A stretch of DNA of 62,602 nt, counting the filler, from Sphacelaria rigidula (lineage: Eukaryota), in assembly GCA_964200075.2 (NCBI GenBank). It is 10 parts of 10 records of this genome, joined end to end, with 100 filler letters (N's around TTAATTAATTAA, not from the genome) between each part and the next. Parts side by side here need not be neighbours in the genome. Positions count along the whole stretch, not along the records: positions 1 to 6,171 come from CAXNAA020021768.1; positions 6,272 to 12,442 come from CAXNAA020021769.1; 8 more parts are not named here. One strand, 5' to 3'. Shown piece by piece: positions 1 to 12,246 of the stretch. A program made the translations under genes and the position numbers. The first letter of the stretch is position 1. Each line of letters begins with the position of its first letter. A model generated the notes under the pieces. The model saw only the letters and a program-made list of their open reading frames with translations, did no database searches and was not told the origin of the DNA.

Positions 1-2000
1 CCCGGTCGGGGTGGCGGACAATCGACGATGAATAACACCCCTTAAGTTCATATTGGATCTATCTGGTTTTGCAGCAGCACCGTCCTTGTGGGCATGTGTG
101 TGACAGAGAACAGTAGTAGCGGTGACGGAAATATTGTCCTGTTTTTCAGGGACATGTTCTTCAGCGCACAGAGGCGCGTGTTGTCCAAAAAGAGAGCCAG
201 AGAGAAACTGATCGTCGCATCGATGATGAGGTAGGTGCTCAAGCAAGACGAAGAGACGACGGAAACTCTCCGCAGCTTGATGTTTCGGGACATGGAAAAT
301 TTCACATGCTGGTAAGATCAAGGATGCCAGTCTCTCGAGAGTTTGGAAATCACCGAGCGGGGACACACAAAGGGCACGGGCGAGGAGCTTCCTCTCTGTC
401 GTTGCTTCTCTCTGATGATATCGTCATCGACACGCGTGCACACCGCATTTCGTTGGGTGCACCTAGCCAGAGGTGCTTAACCCTTGGACCGCGGTGCCCG
501 TAGTCCATCGGGACCACGCGTGTACTTTTTCCAAGTGGATATTGATGCCGATTCAGCAGGTGACCTACTCTCGCGGTCTGACGGTCAAGTCCTCCTGCGG
601 AGTTTGGGGGGGGGAGGTACTTTCGCTCTGTGTTACTCTTTCGTATCTTCCCTGCAAGAGAAAAATGCGACTTCAGCCCCATTTTAGTGTTGAACCCCAA
701 AATTTAAAATCGTCTGTTGTGATTAATCCGGGGTGTCGACACGCGATTAGCTAGACAGCCAACCGTTCTTCAGTCTAACTGAGATCCCGGGTAGACGATA
801 GCGACCGCACTCGTCTGCTGCTTCTGTCGTTGGAAAGGGCGCTGTAGATGCTTTCCTCTCCTTGTTGATATATTTTTTCCCTGCTTAACAGGGTTCACCT
901 ATCCATTAGATCTGCAACGAGTTGTCCCCTGCACTGGTTTTGCAGGTTTTCTCGTTTCAGCTTTTGGCGTATGATGCACAGACTTTGATTTCGTTCCGGC
1001 TCTTGCAGCCCTTGAATAAATTTTATTCAGCCTTATAAAAAGGGCTGGAGTATGTTACAGACTTATTAGTCATTTTCCAGCCGACTAGTCTCCATGATAT
1101 GTCATATTTTGTTATACTTGGTATCTGATGGGTCATCCTACATTGTGTCTCCTAGATTTGGCGGCCGCCCCTTATGTGTTTACAGTCTATTGCGTACTCA
1201 TCTCAAAACACTTTAGCGGCTACTAGCCTGTTCGCCAATAATACAAGAAGCATCTACGCCATCTACGGACTGCGATATCAGAAGTGTCTCTGGTCTTCTT
1301 CTAATGTATGCCTGACTTCCCTGCAACGGATGTTGTTCTGACATCCTTGCTGGCCAGATGCATACCACCCGACTGTATGATCATCTGTCTGTTGACTCCC
1401 TGTTATGTAAGTTGAACTCAAACGAATCAATCCCCTAGAATGTGGTTGAGCACGACTGCTCGGGTACCCCCGGACTGGCATCCTTCATCCCCAAATGGTA
1501 ACCATCGATCTATGACATTTCGACGATATTTGTTACTCCAGAAGTGGATAGTTTGAGACGTTACTCGAGGTCGTTTTGAGCGTTTCGAATAGCCTAGATA
1601 TCGAGAGTCGGGGGCATGATGCCTTCATCCACAAATTTCATCAAGAAATGTGTGCTGCTGTACAGTACACCCATGAGTCCTACTGTTTCGAGCATCACTC
1701 TATCCTTTCCCCTCCCCTTACGGTGGGATGGCGAGTTGATAATGTATGCCTACATCCGACTATATCAATTGTGGCTACCAGGTGTATCAAGGAACCGTCA
1801 TGTTTGCGATTCTATGGGGAACGTGACGCTCGTCTCTCGTGGATGTCCACTGCCACCAGTGATTGGCTTCTCCGTCTGACAACTAATGCCTGTTCTTGCA
1901 TTCCGGTATTCCGTGATGAGGGAGGGATCTATTTCTCTTCCAACTTTCAACTGCACAAAACAAACGAAAATGCAACAAAAGTATATCCCAGGACAGCGGC
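1..2000 (-). mobile_element. Possible heavily degenerate LTR-retrotransposon gag-like region
   Basis: Stop-riddled but protein-like minus-strand frames. A possible decayed zinc knuckle lies near 215-260 (SSCLSTYLIIDA). No intact diagnostic motif. Confidence 0.25.
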
Positions 2001-2784
2001 TAGACGAGATAATGACGACAGTATTGAATAGAAAAAACTTGTCGGTTTAGGTGATTCTGCGACTGTTTTTCCTCGGGTTTGAACGGTAAGGGGATGGTGT
2101 TTATTGGATTCTTCAAATTGAATGGTGATGTGGTTGGTACGGGCGATGCTAGTTATTGTAGCAGTGTCCGTTTAGTAGGGCAAACGTGGTGATGATCAAT
2201 AAGCTTCAACCGAATGGCGCACGGTGAGTATAGGCAACTCTCCCGAAAGAGCGAAATGACTTGAATGATTTCCCACTTACTTCAGCCAGTTGGTATGTTT
2301 GTTTTTCTGGTTCGTTGGGTTGAGAGGCCAGTAGCATGAATACTCAACAGGAAGGACGGTACACATGACGACAAACCTTTACTGGTCGTAAACACTGGCC
2401 AACAACAAAGCACACACGGACATGCAAAACGAAACCCGGTATGGTCATCATTGTTAATAACCTGACGTCCCCTGCTCCATGCTATTCTTTATCCCCGGAC
2501 TGTTCCCAGGAACCTTCTAGGAGTGAGGCAAAACGTGGCACAAAACCCACGGCATGTATCGCTTGGCTCGTTTTTTCTCACACGACCACATCGCTAGTCC
2601 CGAGACAACGCAACAAACTCCACTCCTTCAAGTGCTGCAGAGGCTCCCAAAAATAATCACATCGCCAAGACGCATTGATTGTCCACGATAATGCAAGCAA
2701 CGTACTGAGTGACTCTGGAGACAGGCGGACATGACGGAAAGTCGCCGCGAACACTACACAGAATGATCAATGTTCCGCAGAAGA

Positions 2785-2819
<35 letters not shown>

Positions 2820-3783
2820 CCGTATGTCTATATCCATATATATATGAAGCGATGCTAAGGCAAGTCGGAAGGGCACACACGACGTGCCGGACACAGTGTA
2901 GTTGACAACAGGAACGACTCACCGAAGGCCACATGACCGGAGCACCAAAACGTCGGTAAAATATCATGATCAATACAACTTACAAGGCCGCGGGATACGT
3001 ACAACCAGAGGGTTTTCAACCTGTAATGAATCGTCATAACTGCCCGACAGAAGTGCGACATGCACTAATCGGTCGACAATGGAGATGGGCTAAAATAAAA
3101 ACAGCACACGTTACAAACAGCTAAACAGCGGTCATACACATGAAGAGAGAGGCTGTCCTCCCGTTTGACCCGACCAAATACTACCACACACCAGTATGTG
3201 AGGGTTAGCCTTCGATTTTGACCACCACCGAAACCGCTTCCATTGCGAAACTGATGAAGCCCTTTTTCATGCTGAGGATGCTTTCCCCCCTCCTGAACTT
3301 CTCGTACGAATAAAACACGCTCCCGAAGTATACAAAAACGGTGCTGTTCACGACTATTGGGCGACACTGACTACGAATTATGTTCCTGACCGCAGCAGTA
3401 ACAAACATATCGAGTGCTACGACTGTATATCTGACAACTGGCAGCGGGTAATGATCCAGATCTCCGTCTACTTTCAACACTCTCTCGGACACCGACGTTC
3501 CGAACCCTATCAAAGTGCTAAGCGCAGGGTCTCTGCGGAAAACAGGACCCATAGCGAGAACACGGTACTTTTCGACCACGATCTTACACGGACACCATCG
3601 CCTCGGGAGGAAAACAAGTAAAAAAACGAGTATGGTCCTCTCATTCATTTCCTTGGGTTTTTCCACACTGAAGACGACATTTCCTTCAATTCACGACCGC
3701 ACTGCGTGCTCACGGCTCTGTCCCAAACCGCTTCCCCCCCACCGAAAACGGCGTTCCCTCTCGAGAAGGATGCGTGGTCAATG

Positions 3784-4017
3784 TGTATTGCGTAAGAGGA
3801 TCGCGTGCTTAGAGGACGGCGCCGTAGTTGAAAATACCTCAGGATCGACGTTTTTCAAAACTAATCGGGTCAGTCCCTGCAGATACCTCGCCCCTGACTC
3901 TACCCCAACACTAACCCTAACCCTAACCCTAACCCTAACTCTAACCCTAACCCTAACCATAGGGGTGGTCAAATTCCGAGGCGGTCCTCCAAGCACGCTG
4001 TCCTCTCACGCATTACA
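3784..4017. mobile_element. MITE with ~37-bp TIRs (TGT...ACA), 4-bp TSD AATG and internal (CCCTAA)n; Ginger-like termini
   Basis: Left end TGTATTGCGTAAGAGGATCGCGTGCTTAGAGGAC, right end GTCCTCCAAGCACGCTGTCCTCTCACGCATTACA. AATG occurs at 3780-3783 and 4018-4021. The element splits a LINE-tail copy whose empty site is visible elsewhere in the window. Confidence 0.9.
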
Positions 4018-5382
4018 AATGGCCAAACGACTAAGGCAAGCGACAAATGAGTACGCCCACTCCCCCCTCCCTCTCCCTCAAACCGTCAACACTTCCTGAA
4101 GTCGCTGTAGTCATAGTGGGGTAGACCATACCCACTTGCGATCGTCCGGCAAACAAGACCTATCATTGGGACCTCGACGCACCGAGTATTGGAAGTCAAC
4201 GTCCAAGTCTTTGACGGCCGCACTCCGAGGATCTGACGAGCGAACGTAGTTCAAAACGGAGCAGCGAAAACACACAAACATGGCCGATGATGATGGTAGT
4301 GATGATGATGGAGATAATGATGACGGTGATCATGATCATGCGCTCAGTTCACGTTAGAGACAAACACGTGTCGTCAACTGATCATATACATTGTTTCCCC
4401 CGGGTACGCCTGACATTCACAAATTCCGGGCTTTATCGCGGATCAGCTGCGAACTCTATGAAAATGCTGTTCGTTTCCGTAGCTGGAAGGTGAAACCTCG
4501 GGCGTACCAGCAAATATACGGCCTGTGAACACATCTTATCAAGAACCCCTGGCTTGCGCTCTAAATCATGACACCCACACGGTCGGTGACGCCAGGGAAA
4601 ACTAAATGAAACATCTACTTCGTTGAATCGTCATCAATTCGCCCTCGCTTTGATGCACAATTGTAGCGCCTGGGGTAGAGCTGGCACAGTACACTCGACG
4701 ACGTGCCAGACGGCGGAGTCGTGGTCCAATACGCACGGATTAGTTGTGCGTGCCCTGCCCGGTGATATACAGGCGCATGGACGACCTTACGTTGCACCAC
4801 TGTGTAGAGAGACAGGACGAATGGTTCCAAATTGTCTCTGTCGGAACCCCTGCGATAACAGGGAAACCCCGATTTGTTTAATCAAATTTGCCACGCAAAG
4901 CGAGATTGTACAAGGATCGCGCAGACGACATACTTGTCAGCGACTTTTTGCTTGTGAACGATAACAGGTTATCTGAAGATGCACAGTGTCTTAGTCGTAT
5001 TCTCGTTCATCTACCGAAAGTGTTGCGTCTCTAGCGTTGGTCCTGTTTCTGCCGATAACATTGTGCACCATCGTGTTTTGTCAAAAGCCGAGCACCGTTA
5101 CTACAAGTGTGTCGAAACGTTGTACCGCGGACGTGTTGAAAAATGCGCCGTGTGAAACAATCAGCAGCAATTGTGCACTGCAACACGTACTTCGAACGAA
5201 GAGCTGTACGATAATGGAGCTCCAACTCAACACGCAAGCGCAAATCTATTGAGCTCGGAACTAGTACAACTGTCATTCCTATGCTCGGAACTGGTACAAC
5301 TGTCATTCCGATATATCGGTTTACAGTCATACTTGATGGTGCGCATGTATCGCAAGGGCCGATTCTTGTGCTTTCGCTGCAG

Positions 5383-5512
5383 ATTGAGGCTGTGAATGAC
5401 GCCCCAGCTTCGTATCAAAAGCCAACGGAGACAGTGCAAAATGAAAGCCGACACTCGTCGTGGGCGCCGACTCCGGTATCCCGATCGATCTCAGTGTCGA
5501 GTGCTCCAAGAA
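5383..5512 (+). CDS. Candidate internal exon, unknown protein (IEAVNDAPASYQKPTETVQNESRHSSWAPTPVSRSISVSSAPR)
   Basis: Pyrimidine-rich ...CTGCAG acceptor, open frame and GTGAGT donor. No family recognised. Confidence 0.3.
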
Positions 5513-5706
5513 GTGAGTCCCCTTGCACGAACGATCTAAACTTGCAAAGCTAGTGCAGAAGGTATTACTGTGCAATGATAATGGGCTTGGTGATTGACGG
5601 ATCCACTGCTTTAGGTACTCTTGGTTCTCAAAACCAGCGAAGCATCAATGCCATGCAGAAATAAAGCGCCAGACAAAATCTGGCAGCCTGCAGCTCTTGC
5701 AGGCTA

Positions 5707-5895
5707 CGTGACAACGATTGGTCGGAGGGGTGTGACGAGGGCTGTAGTGAGGAGGCTAAAGGTGCGGAGGGAAAACACGGATGTGTGACGGAGGTGATGG
5801 ACAGGCCGTCCGTGGCGTCTCATGCTACATAACGGCAGGGGGATAGTCTCCCAACTACAGCCCTCGTTACACTTCTCCGACCAATGAATGTCACA
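5707..5895. mobile_element. MITE with ~40-bp TIRs, termini (C/T)GTGACA...TGTCACA
   Basis: GTGACAACGATTGGTCGGAGGGGTGTGACGAGGGCTGTAGT pairs with ACTACAGCCCTCGTTACACTTCTCCGACCAATGAATGTCAC. No clear TSD. Confidence 0.65.
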
Positions 5896-6171
5896 GAGAG
5901 AGCTCCCTTGGCACAACATGGAATACAGGTAGCCGTCCGAGGAGGTCGGAGCAAGTCCAATGAGGTTACTGTGATGAGGTGGGATGGGCTAGAATGAGGA
6001 CGGATGGGTTAGAATAGGGAGGGAGGATGGGGTGAGAGACTCGGCGGGTACTGCTTGGAGAGAGGGGTGCTAAGCAGGCGAGGGAGAGGGAGGCAGGGCC
6101 CTGCTTCGACGTCTGTGAAAAGTAGGGGGGGGGCGTACTCATTTGTTGCTTGCCTTCGTCGTTTGACCATC

Positions 6172-6271
6172 NNNNNNNNNNNNNNNNNNNNNNNNNNNNN
6201 NNNNNNNNNNNNNNNTTAATTAATTAANNNNNNNNNNNNNNNNNNNNNNNNNNNNNNNNNNNNNNNNNNNN
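6172..6271. other. Artificial contig linker (44 N + TTAATTAATTAA + 44 N). Identical linkers at 12443-12542, 18714-18813, 24984-25083, 31254-31353, 37524-37623, 43794-43893, 50064-50163, 56334-56433
   Basis: Nine identical 100-nt spacers with stops in all six frames. The segments between them decrease monotonically from 6171 to 6169 bp. Confidence 0.99.
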
Positions 6272-6637
6272 GGCCAGAAGAGCTGGAGAGTCCCTCGACA
6301 GCATTTAGACGCTGCAGTACTAGCAAACCTGCTAGCGTCACAAGTCTACAGTACTGATCAGCCACGGTACAGGGGTATCCGTCTTCACGGGTTGTGACAG
6401 TTACGTACGGTGGGATTTGATACCATAGTAGGCGTATGTCTTGTACTCACGTACGCAATGTCTGAGAACTCTGCTTACCACGGGTTTGGGTAGCCACACG
6501 AGGTCTCTTCGTTCTCTTCCTTTTTTTCCTTCCTTGACTTGCTTAGTCAAGCTATGCAATACTACTCTTCTACAGCAACATGATCGGCTCAGCCGTGTCC
6601 TTTGATCGACTTCATCAGTGGTGTTTAGCTGTCCCTG

Positions 6638-6831
6638 TGTAAAGCGTGAGAGGACCGCGTGCTTAGAGGACCGCATCAGGATTTGAACATCTTTATGGTA
6701 AGTGTTAGGGTTAGGGTTAGTATTAGGGTTATGGTCAGGGGCGTGGTACTTGCAGGGACTGGTCCGATTGGTTTAGAAAAACGTCGATCCTGGGGTGCTT
6801 TGAACTATGGCGCGGTCCTCTCACGCATTAC
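6638..6831. mobile_element. Telomere-repeat MITE, second copy (opposite orientation, partial deletion in the right TIR)
   Basis: TGTAAAGCGTGAGAGGACCGCGTGCTTAGAGGACC ... GTCCTCTCACGCATTAC with internal TTAGGG repeats. Flanks CCTG/CCTA. Confidence 0.85.
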
Positions 6832-6874
6832 CCTATCTACGGATCACGTATCAAGGAACATGCAGAACGATGGG

Positions 6875-7126
6875 GACACTTTCTACGATAGTCCTCCCCC
6901 AAAAGACCCAGCCCAAAAGTGTCACGAAAAAAATGGCCGTACAGCGCCTAATGTTTGTGTTTAGGCTGCATTAAGCGCCTCATATTGGCGACATTGGCTA
7001 GAACGGACCCAAACGTGGGAATTCACAGCTGCTTGTTGTGCTCGGCTTTCCCCATTTCGATTTACGTGAAGAGTTTGCCTCCCAAAACCATGCACTTTTT
7101 TGGGGGGGGATATCGTAGAAAGTGTC
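6875..7126. mobile_element. MITE family with TIR GACACTTTCTACGATA; other copies at 28749-29039 and a terminal fragment at 12543-12554
   Basis: GACACTTTCTACGATA...TATCGTAGAAAGTGTC. The internal sequence (CGTGGGAATT...CAGCTGCT) is shared with the 28749 copy. TGGG flanks both sides here, but TSD length is ambiguous between copies. Confidence 0.8.
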
Positions 7127-7989
7127 TGGGGTGGATGTTCCGTCATCCACACAACCTGCTTGCTGTACGTACTTGGAAGTAACACAACGCGCACCCGTTT
7201 CTTCTCTTTTGGGCAAGCTATGTCTCTTCTTAAGACAAGGGCTTGCTGATTGTATAGCCAAGGCGAGAGCACTTTACATTCTGAGCCTTCTAGTGACTTG
7301 GTGGAGTGCAAGAAGGCACAGTGCCCAGATTTGAAGGAGACACAGTTCGCAGGTATCCATCGGTTTCGCGATTCGTCATCCGTACGTGGGGATCGATGTA
7401 CACGAGTGGTGCAGTCGATCAAAGGACACGGCGGAGCCGATCAGATAGTTGTATAAGAGTGGTATTACGAGCCAGACAAGGCAAAGAGAAGGAAGGGGTA
7501 CACGTGGGGCTAACACTATGACAACGCAAGGCCGTTCACCTGGACAGTACATAATGGAGTCCTACATGCGCCAACTATGATAGCAAATCTTACCGCATGT
7601 AACGGTCAAAATAAAGAAAGGCAAGTGCCTCAGTACTGTGTCATCAGTTCAGACCATAGACTCTACTGATTAACCTGTCCACTGGAACACCATCATTTAG
7701 CATACCAATATCGTTGTATATATTTTTTCATCCATTTGTGCCTGTTTGTACCCTCGTTTGTACGGCGCAGTAACATGTAGTCCGCATAAAAGAGAGGCTG
7801 AGATCGTATACACAGCTGGGTAGTGCACTCTACACTTCTTCACAGAGAAGTACCTGATGCCTACTCAACGTGTTAGCCTGCTGTGTCGTACTATAGTGGC
7901 CGTGAGGGTCCAGCGTGGTGAGCATCCTTTTACAGAGTCAGTGGGTTGTCTATTTGTACGTCACGGAAAAGAATGACTGCTCAGACACC

Positions 7990-8600
7990 AAGTATCAACA
8001 CCTACGTTCTAGGTGAAACGCCATTATCTGGGAATACCAGACAGGCAACACTGGTGGTAAGTTCCATGGGTTATCTGAAGATTCCGTTCCTGTGATGCTC
8101 ACGGGAGTAATCGATTTTCCCCGCTCATTGTATAAAGTATGTACCGTTTGTACTTTGCTGCACTGCACCGAACGCATTAGTACGCGGCGAAACTTGCTTT
8201 CGCGGGCACCGCCACCTGTATTAATTTTACCCCCCACGAGCATATGCTCACCATCGAACCGATGGAGGATTTTTCGGACAAGGAGTACAAGCGTGTGCCA
8301 TGAATACCTCAGGAGGGCCATCGTGGTAGAGCTCGAGCAAGAGCAGGTGGGACGTGACAACAAGGCGCTACCTACTTCAGCCAAATGTTTTCCTCTCTAC
8401 AACCGGGGGAGAAAAACTGTTCTGTTGCGTCTGTGGGCCAGTTTGTACTTCTTTCCACACACACGTTATTTTGCGCGTACCTGATTATTTACATGTAGTC
8501 TTGGACGTCATCGTTTACACTTTTGGCTCTGAAATGCTGGGTATATGTGCGCAACGCCCCCCTCGCGATAGTGTGCAGCATCTACTGCGCGGTCCATCCC
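7990..8600 (-). mobile_element. Probable degenerate Ty3/Gypsy integrase N-terminal remnant
   Basis: Minus-frame RLVVTSHLLLLELYHDGP resembles the LVVP...L..YHD start of the integrase zinc-binding domain. Many stops and frameshifts. Confidence 0.35.
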
Positions 8601-8749
8601 AACAGTGCTATTGAGTCTAGAGGACTACAGCATGTATGGTGCGCTGTAACCGCCCGCTTGCACAACACAGCAGACGCGTTTGTGACTGTCAACACGCTCA
8701 TCCCAGACACTACAATTGGAATTAAGAGATTTGCTGTCAGTCACCGAGG

Positions 8750-9342
8750 TGTAATGCTGTAATGCGTGAGAGGACCGCGCGCTTAGAGGACCGCATCGGA
8801 ATTTGAACATTCCTATGGGTAGGGTTAGGGTTAGGGTTAGTGTTGGGGTTGAGGTCAGGGGCGTGGTACCTCCAGGGACTGACCCGATTGGTTTTGAAAA
8901 AGCCGATCCTGAGGTGGTTTGGACTACGGCGCGGTCCTCCAAGCACGACCGCGTGCTCTTTGAAATCATGGGAGTTTGAACACCCCAGGATCGACGTTTT
9001 TCAATACCTGTAATGCGTGAGAGGATGCGTGCTTAGAGGACCGCGTCGGCGTTTGAATATCCCTATGGTTAGGGTCAGGGTTAGTGTTGGGGTTAGGGTC
9101 AGGGGCTGGTCCCTGCAGGGACTGGTCCGATTGCGTTCGAAAAACGTCGATCCTGAGGTGTTTCGAACTACCATGCGGTACTCTAAGCACGCGGTCCTCT
9201 CACGTATTACAATACTGCTCGGGTCAGTCCTCCCAAGGACCGCGCCCCTAACCCCAACACTAACCCTAATTCTAACCGTAACAATAGGGGTGTTTAAACT
9301 CCGATGCGGCCCACAAAGCGTACGATCCTCCCATGCACAACA
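8750..9342. mobile_element. Three nested telomere-repeat MITE copies: older host 8750-9342 with inserts at 8758-~8947 and 9009-9211
   Basis: TGTAATGC is directly followed by a second TGTAATGCGTGAG. The host sequence (...GATCGACGTTTTTCAATACC) resumes after the 9009-9211 insert, whose flanks are ATACC/ATACT. Confidence 0.8.
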
Positions 9343-9419
9343 GGGGAATCAAAAACTAAATATCTACCCGACGAGCATACTGCGATGAAACGCGAAGGCT
9401 GTGTTCGAAGTTGCTTTTG

Positions 9420-10400
9420 ATGTCTGAGTCACTTACTTCCTTGAATCTCTGCACCCGCGTCATATGACTTACTTACTATACGAAGCATATCAAACGCGTA
9501 GTTACTCCATGGGTGCGTCAAAAGGCTCTCGGTCACTGGGATACGTCGTGGCCGTGGTCCGTTCAACCTTCATTCCTTGTACAGCGCTCGTGAACGGAAT
9601 CGTGCGATATCATACTCGCAATGACTGTGTAATCTTTGATATGTAAAGAGAGAACGACTACAATCCGTGCATCCCAAGTTGAGATGAGCGAAAGGTGAGC
9701 GCAAGAGGGGAAAGCAGGCGGAAAAAAGCTCGCGGGGCCTGATACAACTTCTTCCGGTGCAGGGCGAAAACGCCGCAAGAACGATGATTTGCTCACCTTT
9801 TTCCCGTATGACCTCGCTGAATATCTAAAAAAAGTTTGTGAGCCAGCAAAGCTGTTAGTGAGATATGTGCTTGTATCACGATTGCCTTCGCTGCAGCTTG
9901 GCAGATCCGTCGGCGAAGGATCGACAAGCCGTTGCAAATCCACACCCTGTCGCCAACCTTCCATATCGGGTGCTCGTACATGAGGTTGCAGAGAATACTT
10001 TTGAATCTCTCGAGGGGTAGATGAGCATTCATAATGTATTGTTACCGTGATTTCCACTGTTCGAAGCGCGCCAGGTGCCGATAGGATATCTGATCATGGT
10101 CAAGACCTCGGTGCAAGTCGAAGGCATGTAGTTTGAACACCGTCATTGGTAGTCGGGGGAAGCGCCCAATAAATAGTTCGTTTGAGGAAAGGCCCGCGGC
10201 AGCGTTGCTAAAGCAGTTGTAAGACAGCACGATGTAGGAGACGTGGACGTTCCAATCATTTTCGCGATCATGGACGACGATCGGAGGAATGGGGGCCATG
10301 GTATGATTATCCATATCGGTACCACTATTGTCATCAAGGTGGTGGGAACTCGTCGCGATCTCGCGGATGTGATCGTCGCGGTCGCCACAAGTGCTGCAGA
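9420..10400 (-). mobile_element. Degenerate Ty3/Gypsy integrase core and C-terminus
   Basis: NHTMA...NDWNVHVSYIVLSYNCFSNAAAGLSSNELFIGRFPRLP matches the DW...V.FAYN...ATG..P.E...GR.PRLP pattern, followed by KVGDRVWI. Frameshifted. Confidence 0.75.
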
Positions 10401-10483
10401 TTCTGCGACGAATAATAATCCCTGGCCAGCAACTAAATGCTCTGCAGTGGAAAAATAAAACGACCCTCCCGAATACCTAAAGG

Positions 10484-10846
10484 TGTGAGGAAGGCGTATC
10501 GCTAGGGTAGACAGGCTCGGGAGAGGGCTGTCTTGAGAGATGTCGTCTTGATGCCGAAGGAACTCCGAGGCTGGCGATGATTTCCTCTTGTAAGATGTAG
10601 ACAAGAAGAGGTGGGTCAGACAAGGAGTGGTCGCCAGAGGCAACCACCTCCTCCGGGGATGTTGGACCGTCCTAGTATCAGGCTCTTCCTGGCATCACCC
10701 CGAGTTGTCTAGTTTCGACGGCATTACAGGGTCCTCGGTCATCCGGTCCATCCGGACCGTTCCTAGCTTGTACCTGCTTGCGCTGGTTCTTCATACATGT
10801 GTGGCATCAGTCTCTGATATGTCACTGCAAAGAGGCATCTTCCACA
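10484..10846 (-). mobile_element. LTR copy (~363 bp, TG...CA), homologous to the LTR at 13880-14245
   Basis: The reverse complement aligns by eye over its whole length with 13880-14245 (TGTGGAAGA...CCTCACA). No TSD seen. Confidence 0.75.
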
Positions 10847-12076
10847 TCGGTTCCATTTGGTGCAGATGTGCAGGAGTTTTGCTGGTGATATATGTAGCGA
10901 ATGAAGCTTTAGAATGCCCGGGGAATTTCTGCTATGTGCTGTAATTTGAATGCTGTTGGTTGGATCCGTAAGGACCAGTGTTACCAGCCACTTCTTTTAC
11001 AGGTGGCTTGATTTGCACTAGGCTTGTGTAGGCACGTGCAGATTACAGTTACCTGTGAAGGGTTTCTTGCGCACGGCCACAGGGTGACTTGGTCATAGAT
11101 CCCATGGATCCCCTTGAGAACAGGAGAGTGCATTCGCCCACCCTTACAACAAATCCCAGCATCCATCACACGAGGAACCCGCACAATATGAACAGGAACA
11201 ACAGCAGCTGTTGTTCGGTGTTCAAATCTCCGCGAACAATAGCTGTGTGATCACGGCTCATAGTGGGCAAGCACTGCAAAACACCAACACTCAAAAATAA
11301 GAAGGGCCACTCTGACACATGTTGCTTGCCTTAGTCGTGTGACCATTGACCACGCACCCCTTTCGGGACGGAGCGGGCGGGGCGGGGGGGGGGTATTCCG
11401 GGTCATTTCTTTAATGCAATTCCACCTCAAATCGTCGTTGAAAGCAGTACCGTTCGTTCTATTGCGCTTGTCATCTATAGGACACACTCACGTATACCAC
11501 TTGCCACCGTTTTCACTCAAATACAAACGCACGGTGTCCGACACACCTGTGAGCATCTGTTGTTTTCGTCTCGCCCTGTCGTAGCATCACTTCGGACATG
11601 GTAGTTCTTTACGCGAGCTTTGTGGGAGCGAGACACAGAGCATGGCTACACCATTGAAAAAGGATGATAAGGCCCATTACTACTATCGACACTGCTTTCT
11701 CGGAGATCGCCATTTTTTCGAACTTTCCGGACTCTGCGTTCAGATTTCTCCGAAAATGAAGCGGCTCGACTTCTCCCCCGAAGCTTCAGTTTTTGAGAGC
11801 CCCGGACAGTTTGGACTGCAACACAGCACTTTGGAGAGCTGCCCTGTGTGGACGCCGTGGTGCTCGCAAGTATTCCAGAACTATCAGCTAGCTACCTTGC
11901 CAGTTTCACCCTGGGCCATGTCGGAGAGTAAAAAGCGCCGTAGGTTGACGAGAGTTGCATCCCCAGGCCGGCGGAGGCGAGCCAAGGACGAGATTAGCAC
12001 TGTCGTCGTGATGAGACGTGTAGCAGGAACGGCAGAACTCGACAACAATGGGTCGTTTGGAGTTGTCCAAAATGTT

Positions 12077-12246
12077 CACACCCTGGACAATATATGATCA
12101 ATAGTTGCAACAGACAAGAAACGTACTGCATAAAGTATAGGCCCATTGCGACTATTGTCAGTCGGCAATAGTTGCAATGGGCCTGTACTTTATGCAGTAC
12201 ACTTCTCGTCTATTGCATCTATTGACCATTTATTGTCCAGGTTGTG
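12077..12246. mobile_element. Fully palindromic (hairpin) MITE, CA...TG, 8-bp TSD AAAATGTT (hAT/P-like)
   Basis: The arms pair over almost the entire length. AAAATGTT occurs at 12069-12076 and 12247-12254. Second copy at 45521-45704. Confidence 0.9.

Noticed and set aside
3515..4099. ORFs with TLTLTL / VRVRVR runs (also near 6659, 8625, 9017)
   Set aside because: They are translations of the CCCTAA/TTAGGG repeats inside a MITE.
5252..5312. 30-bp direct repeat x2 (also 14447-14560, 29150-29225, 56000-56100) as CRISPR-like arrays
   Set aside because: Only two or three units, no series of unique constant-length spacers, no cas genes, and a eukaryotic context.
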